64,000 bases of DNA from a plasmid, in the sequence record NZ_CP020440.2. One strand, written 5' to 3'. The number at the start of each line of letters is the position of its first letter. Position 1 is the stretch's first letter. Shown here piece after piece: positions 52,982 to 62,953 of the stretch. A program made the translations under genes and the position numbers. The notes under the pieces are model-generated. The model searched no databases. It was not told where the DNA came from and worked only from the letters and a program-made list of their open reading frames with translations.

Positions 52982-53726
52982 GATGCGCGTCCTGATCCTT
53001 GGCGGCACGACCGAGGCACACGCCCTGGCCCGCGCCCTGGCCGGGGCGGGGATCCAGGGGCTTTATTCCTATGCCGGACGCACCGCACGGCCGGTGGCGC
53101 AGCCCCTGCCCACGCGGACCGGCGGCTTCGGCGGCGCCGAAGGTCTGGCCCAGGCCCTGCGGCGCGATGCCATCACCCATGTGATCGACGCGACCCACCC
53201 CTTTGCCGCGACAATCAGCGCCAACGCAGTCGCCGCCTGTCGGCGGACCGGCACGCCGCTGCTGGCGCTGGAGCGGCCGGAATGGCGCCCCGGTCCGGGC
53301 GACCGCTGGCAGGCGGTTCCCGACATCGAAGCGGCCGCCCGTGCCCTGCCCCAGGGCCCTACACGCGTCTTTCTGGCCATCGGGCGCCAGCATCTCGGGG
53401 CCTTCGCCGCGCGCCCGGTGCACGACTACCTGCTGCGGCTGGTCGATCCGCCCGAAGGGCCGCTGCCCCTGCCCCGGGCGCGAGTCGTGGTGGATCGCGG
53501 CCCCTTCACGCTTGACGGCGACCTGGCCCTGATGCGCCAGGCGGGCATCCGGATCGTCGTCGCCAAGAACGCGGGCGGCAGCGGGGCGCGCGCCAAGATC
53601 GACGCGGCCCGGCTGCTGGGCCTGCCGGTCGTCATGGTAGCGCGGCCCCGGCTGGCAGATCGCGCGACCGTGGCAAGCGTCGAACAGGCGCTGGACTGGC
53701 TGCATCACACACCCCTTGGCGTATAG
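52980..53726 (+). CDS. cobK: precorrin-6A reductase
   Basis: [20 protein letters not shown], 248 aa CobK/CbiJ family. Start codon overlaps the cobL start on the opposite strand. Confidence 0.85.
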   Translation: MMRVLILGGTTEAHALARALAGAGIQGLYSYAGRTARPVAQPLPTRTGGFGGAEGLAQALRRDAITHVIDATHPFAATISANAVAACRRTGTPLLALERPEWRPGPGDRWQAVPDIEAAARALPQGPTRVFLAIGRQHLGAFAARPVHDYLLRLVDPPEGPLPLPRARVVVDRGPFTLDGDLALMRQAGIRIVVAKNAGGSGARAKIDAARLLGLPVVMVARPRLADRATVASVEQALDWLHHTPLGV

Positions 53727-54433
53727 ACCCAAGGCCCCACCCGCCGCGTCGTGGAGGAGCCCACGATGACCAGGGTGCGCATGTCGGCCATATCCTCCTG
53801 CACCTCGGCCAGGGTCACGGTCCGAATGCTTTCCTGCGGGGTCGAGACGGCGCGGGCAAAGGTGATCAGCCGGTCGGGCGCGGCGCCTTCGCGCAGGATG
53901 GCCAGGGCGCGGCCAAAGCCCACCGGCCGCGCGGCCGAGCGCGGGTTGTAAAGCGCGATGGCGAAATCGCCCGCCAGCGCGGCGCGCAGCCGCGTCTCGA
54001 TCAGCGTCCAGGGCTTGAGATTGTCCGACAGGTTGATCGCGCAGAAATCATGGCCCAGCGGCGCGCCGGCCCGGGCGGCGGCGGCCAGCATCGCGGTGAT
54101 GCCGGGCAGGACGCGGATGGGGGGCAGCGCGCCCGGCCAGCCCTCGGCCGCGTCGAAGACGGCGGCGGCCATGGCAAAGACTCCCGGATCGCCGGACGAG
54201 ACGACGACCACGCGCCGCCCCTCGGCCGCCAGATGCAGGGCGTGGCGGGCGCGGTCCAGCTCCTCGCGGTTGTCCGACGGGTGCAGGACCAGCCCCGCGC
54301 GCGCAGGGATGCGGGCGACATAGGGGATATAGCCCAGGACGTCCGTCGCCTGCGCCAGCGCCTGCGTCACCTCGGGCGTCACCAGCGCGGGATCGCCGGG
54401 GCCGAGGCCCGCGACAGCCAGCCAGCCGGTCAT
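53705..54433 (-). CDS. cobJ: precorrin-3B C17-methyltransferase
   Basis: MTGWLAVAGLGPGDPALVT. Stop-start overlap with cobI. Confidence 0.85.
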   Translation of the reverse strand: MTGWLAVAGLGPGDPALVTPEVTQALAQATDVLGYIPYVARIPARAGLVLHPSDNREELDRARHALHLAAEGRRVVVVSSGDPGVFAMAAAVFDAAEGWPGALPPIRVLPGITAMLAAAARAGAPLGHDFCAINLSDNLKPWTLIETRLRAALAGDFAIALYNPRSAARPVGFGRALAILREGAAPDRLITFARAVSTPQESIRTVTLAEVQEDMADMRTLVIVGSSTTRRVGPWVYTPRGV

Positions 54434-55164
54434 GCCCTGCCTCCCGGCCGGCGGCCTTGGCCATGGACCAGGACGATGGCGAAATAGGGACATTCCCCAT
54501 CGGCCAGGTCCGCCAGCCGGGCGACGCGCTGGCCCTCCATGGTGCCGCGCTCGACCAGCCAGGCGGCATCCAGCCGCCCCGCCGCCGCCAGCGCCCGGCG
54601 GATGCGCGGCAGGTTGCGCCCGGTCTTCATGACGACCAGCGCATCGGCATCGGCGGCGCGGCGGGCCAGTTCCGCCTCGGGCAGGGTGCCGGGCAGGACG
54701 GCCAGCACGTCGTCGCCCCAGGTGATCGGCAGGCCCGTCGCGGTCCAGCATCCCGCCATGCCGGGAATGCCCGGCACCACCTCGACCTCGACCCGGCCTT
54801 GCAGGCGGGCGTGCAGATGCATGAACGAGCCGTACAGGAACGGATCGCCCTCGCACAGCACCACCACGTCGCCGGCTGCTGCAAGATCCGCCAGCCGGTC
54901 CGCCCAATGCGCGTAGAAATCCGACAGCAGGCGGTCATAGTCGGGCCCGTCGAACGGCAGTTCGGTCGTGACCGGGAATTCCATCGCGTATTCCGCCGCG
55001 CCGGGGGCGATCAGGCCTCGCACGATGCGCCGCGCCATGCCCTCGCGCCCCGCCTTGGCGAACCAGGCGACCTGACGGGCGGTCGAAATCAGGCGATGGG
55101 CCCGCACACTCATCAACTCGGGGTCGCCGGGGCCAAGGCCCGCGCAGATCACCTTGCCCATCAT
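54430..55164 (-). CDS. cobI: precorrin-2 C20-methyltransferase
   Basis: MGKVICAGLGPGDPELMS. Confidence 0.85.
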   Translation of the reverse strand: MMGKVICAGLGPGDPELMSVRAHRLISTARQVAWFAKAGREGMARRIVRGLIAPGAAEYAMEFPVTTELPFDGPDYDRLLSDFYAHWADRLADLAAAGDVVVLCEGDPFLYGSFMHLHARLQGRVEVEVVPGIPGMAGCWTATGLPITWGDDVLAVLPGTLPEAELARRAADADALVVMKTGRNLPRIRRALAAAGRLDAAWLVERGTMEGQRVARLADLADGECPYFAIVLVHGQGRRPGGRA

Positions 55165-55790
55165 TCGCTCCGGCTGGCCAGCGCGTTGACGGCGGCGGCG
55201 GTGATGGCGGAACCGCCGATCCGCCCCTCGACGATCAGGGCGGGCACCGGCGGGGCCTGGATCAGCGCGGCCTTGGATTCGGCCGCGCCCACAAAGCCCA
55301 CCGGGCAGCCGATGATCGCGGCGGGGCGCGGGCAGTCGGGGTCCTCGAGCATGTCGAGCAGGTGGAACAGCGCCGTCGGCGCGTTGCCGATGGCGACCAG
55401 CGCCCCGGCCAGATGCGGCCGCCACAGTTCCAGCGCCGCCGCGCTGCGCGTGTTGCCCAGGCGCGCGGCCAGCGCCGGGGTCTCGGGGTCGTTCAGCGTG
55501 CAGATGACCGGGTTCGCGGCGGGCAGACGGGCGCGCGTCACACCCTCGCTGACCATGCGCGCGTCGCACAGGATCGGCGCGCCGGCAGCCAGGGCCGCGC
55601 GGGCCGCCGCAGCCATGCCGGGGCTGAAGCGGATCAGGTCCGCGATCTCGACCTGGCCGCAGGCGTGGATCATGCGCACGGCGACCGGCTCTTCGTCGGG
55701 GTCGAAACGGGCCAGCGCCGCCTCGGCCCGGATCGTGGCGAAGGAGCGGGCATAGATCGCCCGGCCGTCGGTCTCATAGCTCTGGGGCAT
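55161..55790 (-). CDS. cobH: precorrin-8X methylmutase
   Basis: CobH/CbiC family, 210 aa from MPQSYETDG. Confidence 0.8.
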   Translation of the reverse strand: MPQSYETDGRAIYARSFATIRAEAALARFDPDEEPVAVRMIHACGQVEIADLIRFSPGMAAAARAALAAGAPILCDARMVSEGVTRARLPAANPVICTLNDPETPALAARLGNTRSAAALELWRPHLAGALVAIGNAPTALFHLLDMLEDPDCPRPAAIIGCPVGFVGAAESKAALIQAPPVPALIVEGRIGGSAITAAAVNALASRSE

Positions 55791-56895
55791 GGAAGTCCTT
55801 GAACAGCGGAAAGGTTTCGGGATCGGACAGCAGCCGTTCCGGCGCGTCACGCGCGGCGCCGTCCCGGATCAGCGCAAAGCCGCCGGGCACGGCCACCAGC
55901 GTCACGGCGGCAGGGCCGGGATGCGCGCAGCCCTTGGCGCAGCCCGAGACATGGAGCATCGCCCCGCGCGGCACCCCTGCGGCCAGCGCGCGCGCCAGCG
56001 GCCGCGTCGGACCCCCGGCCTGCGGGCAGGCCGGCGCGCCCGCGCAGGCGGCGACCCGCAGCCGGGGGTCGTCCGGGCGGGCGATCAGCGCGGGGTGGCG
56101 GGCCAGCGCCGCGGGCAAGGGCCCCGGCAGCGCGATCATGCGCCAGGGCGTCAGACGCAGCGGGCCAACATCCGCAAGCCCGCCCAGCAGATCCGCCGGC
56201 ACCTCGCCAAAGACAAAGCCCGCCAGCCGCTGCGACGGTCCAGGCGGGGGCGGCAGCGGGGGCATCGGCACCGTTCCCGCCAGTTCGGGCGGCAGGACGG
56301 CGCCCCCCGCCAGATGCGCCGCCATCCGGCCGCGCCCGTCCGGGCCGACCCCGCCCGAGGCGATAAACCAGCGCGCCATCGCCATCGCGGCGGGCACGGC
56401 CCGATCCGCCGTCACAGGCAGGCCCAGGACCGCGCCCTGCGGGGCAAGCACCAGGCCTTCGCCCAGGCTGAGGATGCGGATGTCCGCCGCGACCGAGGCG
56501 CCCACCGCGAAGCCGAACTTGGCCGGCAGCGCCAGACCGTCGGCCGCGCGCAGGGCCTCGCCCAGCCGGGCGGCCACGGTTTCCTCGGCCGCATCATGGA
56601 AGGGGCACAGGATCAGGTTGCGCCGGGCCTCGGCCTCGGGGGTCGGGTCCAGCAGGCCGAGCCGCGCCAGGCCGGCGTGCAGGGCGGGCAGATCGGCGGG
56701 CCGGACGCCCCGGATCTGAAGGTTGGCGCGATTGGTGAGGTGCAGCGCCCCTGCCCCACAGCCCCGCGCCAGATCGGCCAGGCCACGCGCCTGCGCCGAC
56801 GATAGCCGGGACAGCGGCGGGCGCACCCGCAGGATCAGCCCGTCGCCCGAAGTCATCGGCCGCAGGGCACCGGGGCACCAGCCCTTGATCGTCAT
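55774..56895 (-). CDS. cobG: precorrin-3B synthase (oxygen-dependent, sulfite/nitrite-reductase-like ferredoxin domain)
   Basis: Cys clusters (CPGAL ... CAGAPACPQAGGPTR ... SGCAKGCAHP) typical of CobG. Marks the aerobic pathway. Confidence 0.75.
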   Translation of the reverse strand: MTIKGWCPGALRPMTSGDGLILRVRPPLSRLSSAQARGLADLARGCGAGALHLTNRANLQIRGVRPADLPALHAGLARLGLLDPTPEAEARRNLILCPFHDAAEETVAARLGEALRAADGLALPAKFGFAVGASVAADIRILSLGEGLVLAPQGAVLGLPVTADRAVPAAMAMARWFIASGGVGPDGRGRMAAHLAGGAVLPPELAGTVPMPPLPPPPGPSQRLAGFVFGEVPADLLGGLADVGPLRLTPWRMIALPGPLPAALARHPALIARPDDPRLRVAACAGAPACPQAGGPTRPLARALAAGVPRGAMLHVSGCAKGCAHPGPAAVTLVAVPGGFALIRDGAARDAPERLLSDPETFPLFKDFHAPEL

Positions 56896-59800
56896 CCCCC
56901 GGTCTCCATCGCCAGCGAATTGCGGCGCGTCAGCCACAGCCCCGCCGCCCGCAGCGCGGCAAAGCGGTTGCGCAGCGCGGCCAGCGCCGCCGGGTTGTCC
57001 CGCGCCATGAAATCGACGACCTCGGGCCGGCCCAGCGTCGCGTCGTGATAGAGGTCGAACAGGTGCGGCGGGACCGCCCGGGTCAGGTTCGCAAAACCGG
57101 CCAGATGGTCCAGCGTCGCCGCGATCTCGGCCGCGCCGCGAAAGCCGTGGCGCATCATGCCCGCGGCCCAGGCCGGATCGGCGGCGCGGGCGCGGGTGAC
57201 GCGGGCGATTTCCTCGGACAGGGTGCGGGCGCGCAGCGCCTGGGGCCGGGTCGCGTCCAGATGATAAAGCGCGGGCGCCTCGGCCCCAAGGCGCGCCATG
57301 GCCGCCGCAAAGCCGCCCTCATGCGCCGCGTAATCGGCCGCCAGCAGCAGATCGGTTTCGGCCAGGTCCTGCACATGGACAAAGGCATCCGACGCGCGCA
57401 GCCGCGATTCCAGCGCGGAACGCGCAGGCGCCACGGCGCCGTCGCGGCCGATGGCCCAGGACGATCCGGCAAGCCATGCCTCGCCCGCGTCGTCCCGGCC
57501 GCCAGCGTAATCCTGCAAGGCCCCGCCCATGCCCAGCCCGTAATGCCCGGGCCGGGGGCCAAAGACTCGGGGGACGGCGTGGCGATAGGGGTTTTCGGCC
57601 AGTGGCTCGTCCCGCGCGGCCAAGGCAGCCGCGCCGGTTTCAAAGATTTGCGCCAGCCCCGGAAAGATGTCGCGAAACAGGCCCGAGACGCGCAGCGTCA
57701 CGTCGATGCGCGGCCGGCCCAGCATCGCCAGAGGCAGGATCTCGGCCCCGGTGACGCGCGCGCCGCCCTGATCCCAGCGCGGGGCCAGGCCCGCCAGATG
57801 CAGCGCCATGGCGAAATCCTCGCCCGCCGTGCGCATGGTGGCCGAGCCCCACAGGTCCACGACCAGCCCGCGCGGCCAGTCGCCGTGGTCCTGCAGGTGG
57901 CGGCGCAGCAATTCCTCGGCCATGCGCACGCCCTGGGCATGGGCGGCGGGCGAAGGCACGGCGCGGGGATCGACGGAATAAAGATTGCGCCCCGTCGGCA
58001 GCACGTCGCCCCGCCCGCGATGGGGCGAACCCGAGGGGCCAGCCGCGACCCGCCGCCCCGACAGCGCCGCGGCCAGGCCCGCCATCTCGCCCTGGGCTGC
58101 GCCATAGACGTGCAGCCCGTCGCCGAACCGGGTTTCCTTGAGGTCGCAGACAAAGCGGTCGATGCGGGGGATCGCCTCGGCCGGGCTGGCGTCCGAGGGC
58201 AGGCCCAGGTCGTCCTCGACCCCGGCCAGGCGGGCCTCGTCGCGGATCGCGGCGATCAGGCGGTCGCGGCGGGCGGGGTCCAGCCCGTCGGCGGTCGAAT
58301 ATTCGTCAAGCAGCACTTCCAGCCGGGCAAGGCCGGTCCGGCTGGCCGGGACCAGCGGCGGGGGCATGTGGCCCAGCGTCACCGCGCCGATCCGGCGGCG
58401 GGCCTGCGCGGCCTCGCCCGGATCGTTCACGATGAAGGGATAGATCACCGGCACGCCCGCCGTCAGCGCCTCGGGCCAGCAGTCGGCGGACAGGGCGACC
58501 GCCTTGCCGGGCAGCCATTCCAGCGTGCCATGCGCACCGACATGGACCATGGCGTGAATCCCCTGCGCCCGCAGCCACAGGTAGAAGGCGACATAGCCGT
58601 GGCGAGGAACGCGGGACAGGTCGTGGTATTCGGCATCGCGCGGCCCATCGCCGCGTTCGGGCTGCAGGGCGATCAGCGCCGCCCCGCGCCGAACGGCGGC
58701 AAAGCGGAACGCCCCCGACGCAATCCCCGGATCGTCCTCGGGCCGGCCCCAGGCGGCGGCCAGCGCCTTGCGCAGCGCCGGGGACAGCGTCTTGAGCGCG
58801 GCGCGATAATCGGCGAGCGGCCAGGATTCCCGGGTCGTCAGCAACGCGGGCGCCAGAGGGTCGCCGGGCGCCGTGTCCCAGCCGGCCGCCCCAAGTCCCG
58901 CCAGCACGGCATCGCATGAGGCCAAGGCGTCCAGCCCCACCGCATGGGCGATCTGGTCGGCGCGGCCGGGATAGGTCGACAGCACCACCGCCAGCCGCCG
59001 CTGCGGAGCGGGCGTGGCCGCCAGTCGGTGCCAGCCCGCCACGCGCTCGACCACCGCCGCCACCCGGTCGGGGATCGCATGATGCAGGGTGCGGGCGCAT
59101 TGCAGGTCCGGGTCGCGCGTGCCGGGCTGCTTGCAGCTTACGATCCCCGCGCAAAGCCGGCCGTCGACCTCGGGCAGGACGACATGCATGGCAAGATCGG
59201 CCGGCGACAGGCCGCGTTCCGCTCCGGCCCAGGCGGCCTGCGGCGCGGTCGACAGCGCCACCTGGAACACTGGGCAATCGGGCGCATCCAGGGCCGAGCC
59301 GCCCGCCGCGTCCCGCGCCGAAAAGGCGGTGGCGTTGACGATGGCCACCGGCGACAGCGCATCCAGCGCCGCCCGCACCCACTCCCCGACGCCTGGCGCC
59401 TTGAGCGAGGGCACGAACAGCCCCGCCGCCGAAAAGCCGCGCGCGCGCAGGGCCGCGATCAGGGCACGGATTGGCTGGGTGTCCCCGGCCGCGAGCCAGG
59501 CGCGATAGAAGACGACAGCCACGGCAGGCCCCTCGCCCACGGGCGGCGCCGAAACGACGCCCCGGTCGGGATCGAACCAGCCGCAATCGGGCAGCGCCTG
59601 GCCCTGCGGCGGTGGCGCGGCCTCAAGCCCCGCCGCCCGGGCCAGCGCCGAAAGCGCCGCCCAGCCCGCATCCGGCCCGCCCGCCCGGCACAGGTCCGAG
59701 AGTTCGCGCAGCACGGAAACCGGCAGCGTGGACAGCTCGTCAAGGCGCGGATCCTCGGCCCCGTCGCCGGGCAGGACTGCAAGCGCGATCCCCTGCCGGC

Positions 59801-60122
59801 GGGCCAGGTCCTGCACCGCCATCAGGCCGTAGGACCAATAGCTTTCCCCGCCGATCAGCCGGACCAGAATGGCCCGGGCGCCCGCCAGCGTGCGTTCGAC
59901 ATAGGTATCGACCGACACCGGATGGCGCAGCGCCGCAAGGTTCGCAAGCCGCAACCCGGGCAGCGGCCGTCCCGCCGCCCGGGCGCGATGCCAGCCCTCG
60001 GCAAAGCCGCCGAGGTCGCTGTCCGAAAACGACAGCACCACCAGATCGGCCGGGTCCTGGCCCAGATCGGTCGGCACCGCCGCATCCTCAAGCCCAAGGC
60101 TCTCGCGAAAGACGACGTGCAT
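56892..60122 (-). CDS. cobN: cobaltochelatase subunit CobN
   Basis: 1076-aa CobN/Mg-chelatase H-family protein. Confidence 0.9.
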   Translation of the reverse strand: MHVVFRESLGLEDAAVPTDLGQDPADLVVLSFSDSDLGGFAEGWHRARAAGRPLPGLRLANLAALRHPVSVDTYVERTLAGARAILVRLIGGESYWSYGLMAVQDLARRQGIALAVLPGDGAEDPRLDELSTLPVSVLRELSDLCRAGGPDAGWAALSALARAAGLEAAPPPQGQALPDCGWFDPDRGVVSAPPVGEGPAVAVVFYRAWLAAGDTQPIRALIAALRARGFSAAGLFVPSLKAPGVGEWVRAALDALSPVAIVNATAFSARDAAGGSALDAPDCPVFQVALSTAPQAAWAGAERGLSPADLAMHVVLPEVDGRLCAGIVSCKQPGTRDPDLQCARTLHHAIPDRVAAVVERVAGWHRLAATPAPQRRLAVVLSTYPGRADQIAHAVGLDALASCDAVLAGLGAAGWDTAPGDPLAPALLTTRESWPLADYRAALKTLSPALRKALAAAWGRPEDDPGIASGAFRFAAVRRGAALIALQPERGDGPRDAEYHDLSRVPRHGYVAFYLWLRAQGIHAMVHVGAHGTLEWLPGKAVALSADCWPEALTAGVPVIYPFIVNDPGEAAQARRRIGAVTLGHMPPPLVPASRTGLARLEVLLDEYSTADGLDPARRDRLIAAIRDEARLAGVEDDLGLPSDASPAEAIPRIDRFVCDLKETRFGDGLHVYGAAQGEMAGLAAALSGRRVAAGPSGSPHRGRGDVLPTGRNLYSVDPRAVPSPAAHAQGVRMAEELLRRHLQDHGDWPRGLVVDLWGSATMRTAGEDFAMALHLAGLAPRWDQGGARVTGAEILPLAMLGRPRIDVTLRVSGLFRDIFPGLAQIFETGAAALAARDEPLAENPYRHAVPRVFGPRPGHYGLGMGGALQDYAGGRDDAGEAWLAGSSWAIGRDGAVAPARSALESRLRASDAFVHVQDLAETDLLLAADYAAHEGGFAAAMARLGAEAPALYHLDATRPQALRARTLSEEIARVTRARAADPAWAAGMMRHGFRGAAEIAATLDHLAGFANLTRAVPPHLFDLYHDATLGRPEVVDFMARDNPAALAALRNRFAALRAAGLWLTRRNSLAMETGG

Positions 60123-60141
60123 CAGAGGGGACCGTGCCCGC

Positions 60142-61188
60142 TCATGGCGCGGCCGAAGCCGAGGCCAGGGCGGCGCGCAGCTGCGCGGGGTCCAGGTCGC
60201 CCTTTTCCGCGATCACCACCAGGCGCGAGGCGCGCGGGCCGCTCCAGGGCCGGTCGTACTGATGACGCACCCGGTCGCCCACCGCCTGCACCAGCAGCCG
60301 CATCGGCTTGCCCTGCACGGCGACATGGCCCTTGATGCGCAGCAGGCGGTGGTCGCGGGCCAGCCGCGCAAGCCTGTCCGCCAGCGCCCCGGGATCGTCG
60401 ATCTCGGGCAGGTCCAGCACCACCGTGTCGAAATCGTCGTGCTCGTGATCCTCGGCCCCGTCGTGGTGCGAGGGGCGGGCCGACAGGTCGTCCTCGGCCC
60501 GTGCGTCAAGGCCCAGGACCAGGCGCGGGTCGATCACCCCCTCGGTCAGGGGCAGGATGGGGACCGGGCGCGACAACTCGGCATGGACGGCCGCCAGCGC
60601 CGTGGCGACGCCGGCCTCTCCGGCCAGATCGGCCTTCGACAACAGCACGATGTCGGCGCAGGCGATCTGATCCTCGAACACCTCGGACAGGGGCGTTTCG
60701 TGGTCCAGGCTGTCGTCGGCCGCGCGCTGCGCCGCAACCGCCGCGGGGTCGGGGGCAAAGCGGCCCGCCGCCACCGCCTCGGCATCGGCCAGCGCGATCA
60801 CCCCATCCACCGTGATGCGCGAGCGGATCGCCGGCCAGTCGAACGCCTTGAGCAGGGGTTTGGGCAGCGCAAGGCCCGAGGTCTCGATCAGGATGTGGTC
60901 GGGGCGCTCGGGCAGCGCCATCAGCCGTTCGATGGTCGGGATGAAGTCGTCGGCCACGGTGCAGCAGATGCAGCCGTTGGCCAGTTCGACGATATTGCCC
61001 TCGGGGCAGTTCTCGTCGGCGCAGGCGCGCAGCAGGTCGCCATCGACGCCGAGCGCGCCGAATTCGTTGACCACGACCGCCAGCCGCTTGCCCTGCGGAT
61101 GGGCCATCAGGTGGCGGATCAGGGTCGTCTTGCCCGCGCCCAGAAAGCCGGTGATGACGGTGACGGGGATCTTGTTCAGGTCGGTCAT
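60142..61188 (-). CDS. cobW: cobalamin biosynthesis GTPase CobW (COG0523)
   Basis: GFLGAGKTTL P-loop, CICCT metal motif, and a His-rich stretch (HHDGAEDHEHDD). Confidence 0.85.
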   Translation of the reverse strand: MTDLNKIPVTVITGFLGAGKTTLIRHLMAHPQGKRLAVVVNEFGALGVDGDLLRACADENCPEGNIVELANGCICCTVADDFIPTIERLMALPERPDHILIETSGLALPKPLLKAFDWPAIRSRITVDGVIALADAEAVAAGRFAPDPAAVAAQRAADDSLDHETPLSEVFEDQIACADIVLLSKADLAGEAGVATALAAVHAELSRPVPILPLTEGVIDPRLVLGLDARAEDDLSARPSHHDGAEDHEHDDFDTVVLDLPEIDDPGALADRLARLARDHRLLRIKGHVAVQGKPMRLLVQAVGDRVRHQYDRPWSGPRASRLVVIAEKGDLDPAQLRAALASASAAP

Positions 61189-61550
61189 GGCAGGGCCTCG
61201 GCTGGGGGGATACGGGCAAGCGTCTGCTTGCGGAACAGGATCGAGCGATCGCGCCAGGGCACGATGCCGTCGGGGGCGGCGGCATAGGCGGTCGCGCCGG
61301 CGACGATCTCGGGGGCGTGGGCCTCGGCCAGGCCGGCATAGACATAGGTCCAGCGGCCCGGGGCCGACAGGACCAGCGCACAGCCCTGAGAGCAGGCGGA
61401 CAGGCAGGCGACCGGGCGCAGGGCGAAGGGCGCGCCTGCGGGACGCGCGGCCTGAACCGCCGCGAACAGGCGTTCGCCCGCGCAGGGCACGCCTTCGTGT
61501 TGCGGCTGGCCCGCGCGGCAGGTCGTGCAGATCGTCAGCGTGACCGTCAT
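61185..61550 (-). CDS. DUF1636-family putative metal-binding (thioredoxin-like) protein, first gene of the riboswitch-controlled cob operon
   Basis: 121 aa with Cys motifs (CTTCRAG ... CAGERL ... CLSACSQGC). Stop overlaps the cobW start. Confidence 0.6.
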   Translation of the reverse strand: MTVTLTICTTCRAGQPQHEGVPCAGERLFAAVQAARPAGAPFALRPVACLSACSQGCALVLSAPGRWTYVYAGLAEAHAPEIVAGATAYAAAPDGIVPWRDRSILFRKQTLARIPPAEALP

Positions 61551-61639
61551 ATGCCCTTCGTCCCATGGGACGGGCGGGGACGGACCTGCGGGGACGGGAC
61601 GTGCGCAAGCGGACGCGACCCTGCCCAAGCCGGTCGCGG

Positions 61640-61860
61640 AACACCCCGTCCGCCGTTGCTTCCTTGACGCTGGCAGGTCTCCCGGCTTGCGGATATCGGG
61701 GCCTTCGGCCCCGGCGGCGCCGCGCTCCTTCCCAGGCCCTTGGGGGGCCCAGTGGCATCGCGGACCTTCCCGGTCACGGTCGCGGGGGCGGCTGCGTTCG
61801 GGGCCAAGACCCCTTCGCATTCCCTCTTGGCCTGTCATAGACAGGAACCAGCGCGCGCCC
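61640..61860 (-). ncRNA. cobalamin (AdoCbl) riboswitch upstream of DUF1636-cobW-cobN-cobGHIJ
   Basis: The minus strand reads GGTTCCTGTC ... AAGAGGGAATGCGAAGGGG ... GCCACTGGGCC (B12 box) ... GGGAAGG ... AGCCGGGAGACCTGCCAGCG, matching the conserved cores of the Cobalamin family. Confidence 0.8.
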
Positions 61861-61898
61861 AGATGACCGGGAACGCGGGGCAATGTCAAGGAGAGGCC

Positions 61899-62540
61899 AT
61901 GACCGACGCAACCCTTCCCCCCCCTGCCGTTTCCCCCGAGGAAGCCGCCCGGCACGCGCAGAAAAAGGCCCGCATCAAGCAGGCCCGCGACCGCATGATG
62001 ACCGAAAAGACCGGCGAGAAGGGGCTGGTCATCGTCCATACCGGGCCCGGCAAGGGCAAATCCTCGGCCGCGTTCGGGATGATCTTTCGCATGATCGCCC
62101 ATGACATGCCCTGCGCCGTGGTGCAGTTCATCAAGGGCGCGCGCCAGACCGGGGAACGCGCCCTGATCCAGCGCCATTTCGCGCATCTGTGCCAATTCCA
62201 CACCATGGGCGAGGGGTTCACCTGGGAAACCCAGGACAAGGCCCGCGACATCGCCGCCGCCCGCGCCGCCTGGGACAAGGGCAAGGCGCTGATCCGCGAC
62301 CCCGCCATCCGCATGGTGCTGCTGGACGAGATCAACATCGCGCTGCGCTACGGCTACCTGGACCCGACCGAGGTCGCGGCCTTTCTGCAGGGCGAAAAGC
62401 CGCAGATGACCCATGTGGTGCTGACCGGGCGGAACGCGCCGCCCGAACTGCTGGAGATCGCCGACCTGGCGACCGAGATGGCGCTGGTCCGCCACCCGTT
62501 CCGCGACGGCATCAAGGCCCAGCCGGGGGTCGAGTTCTAG
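61899..62540 (+). CDS. cobO: cob(I)yrinic acid a,c-diamide adenosyltransferase
   Basis: HTGPGKGKSSAAFGM P-loop, CobO/BtuR family. AAGGAGAGG RBS. The track ORF is 5'-extended. Confidence 0.9.
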   Translation: MTDATLPPPAVSPEEAARHAQKKARIKQARDRMMTEKTGEKGLVIVHTGPGKGKSSAAFGMIFRMIAHDMPCAVVQFIKGARQTGERALIQRHFAHLCQFHTMGEGFTWETQDKARDIAAARAAWDKGKALIRDPAIRMVLLDEINIALRYGYLDPTEVAAFLQGEKPQMTHVVLTGRNAPPELLEIADLATEMALVRHPFRDGIKAQPGVEF

Positions 62541-62950
62541 TCCCCGGCCAGGATCGCCTGGAACCGTTCGCGGGCGCGGGCGGGCAGGTCGTCGGGCAGG
62601 ACCGGGGCCTCGGCCTCGCCCACCTCGATCAGCATGACCATGCCCATCGCGACATGGGGCGAGCACTTGATGCCATAGCTGCCCGGCCGGGTCAGCGTGA
62701 CCGAGAAATCCTCGTTGATCTTCGAGCGGAAGGGTTCGGCCCCCTCGGGGATCATGCCGTCGATGGTCGCGGCGTTGTGGCCGGGCTGGGTCGGCAGGAA
62801 CCGCACCGTGTCGCCCGGCGCGATGCGCAGGCGCTGGGGTTCATAGACCATCGGCCCCTGGTCGTTGCGGTTCAGCATGTGGACCTCGTGCACCTCGGCC
62901 AGGGCGGCGTGGGGCAGGATCAGCAGGGCGGCGGTCAGCAGGGTTTTCAT
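62537..62950 (-). CDS. pseudoazurin (type-1 blue copper protein)
   Basis: Signal peptide plus the cupredoxin copper ligands (H ... C ... H ... M: GHNAAT ... KCSPHVAMGM). Confidence 0.8.
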   Translation of the reverse strand: MKTLLTAALLILPHAALAEVHEVHMLNRNDQGPMVYEPQRLRIAPGDTVRFLPTQPGHNAATIDGMIPEGAEPFRSKINEDFSVTLTRPGSYGIKCSPHVAMGMVMLIEVGEAEAPVLPDDLPARARERFQAILAGD

Positions 62951-62953
62951 GGC

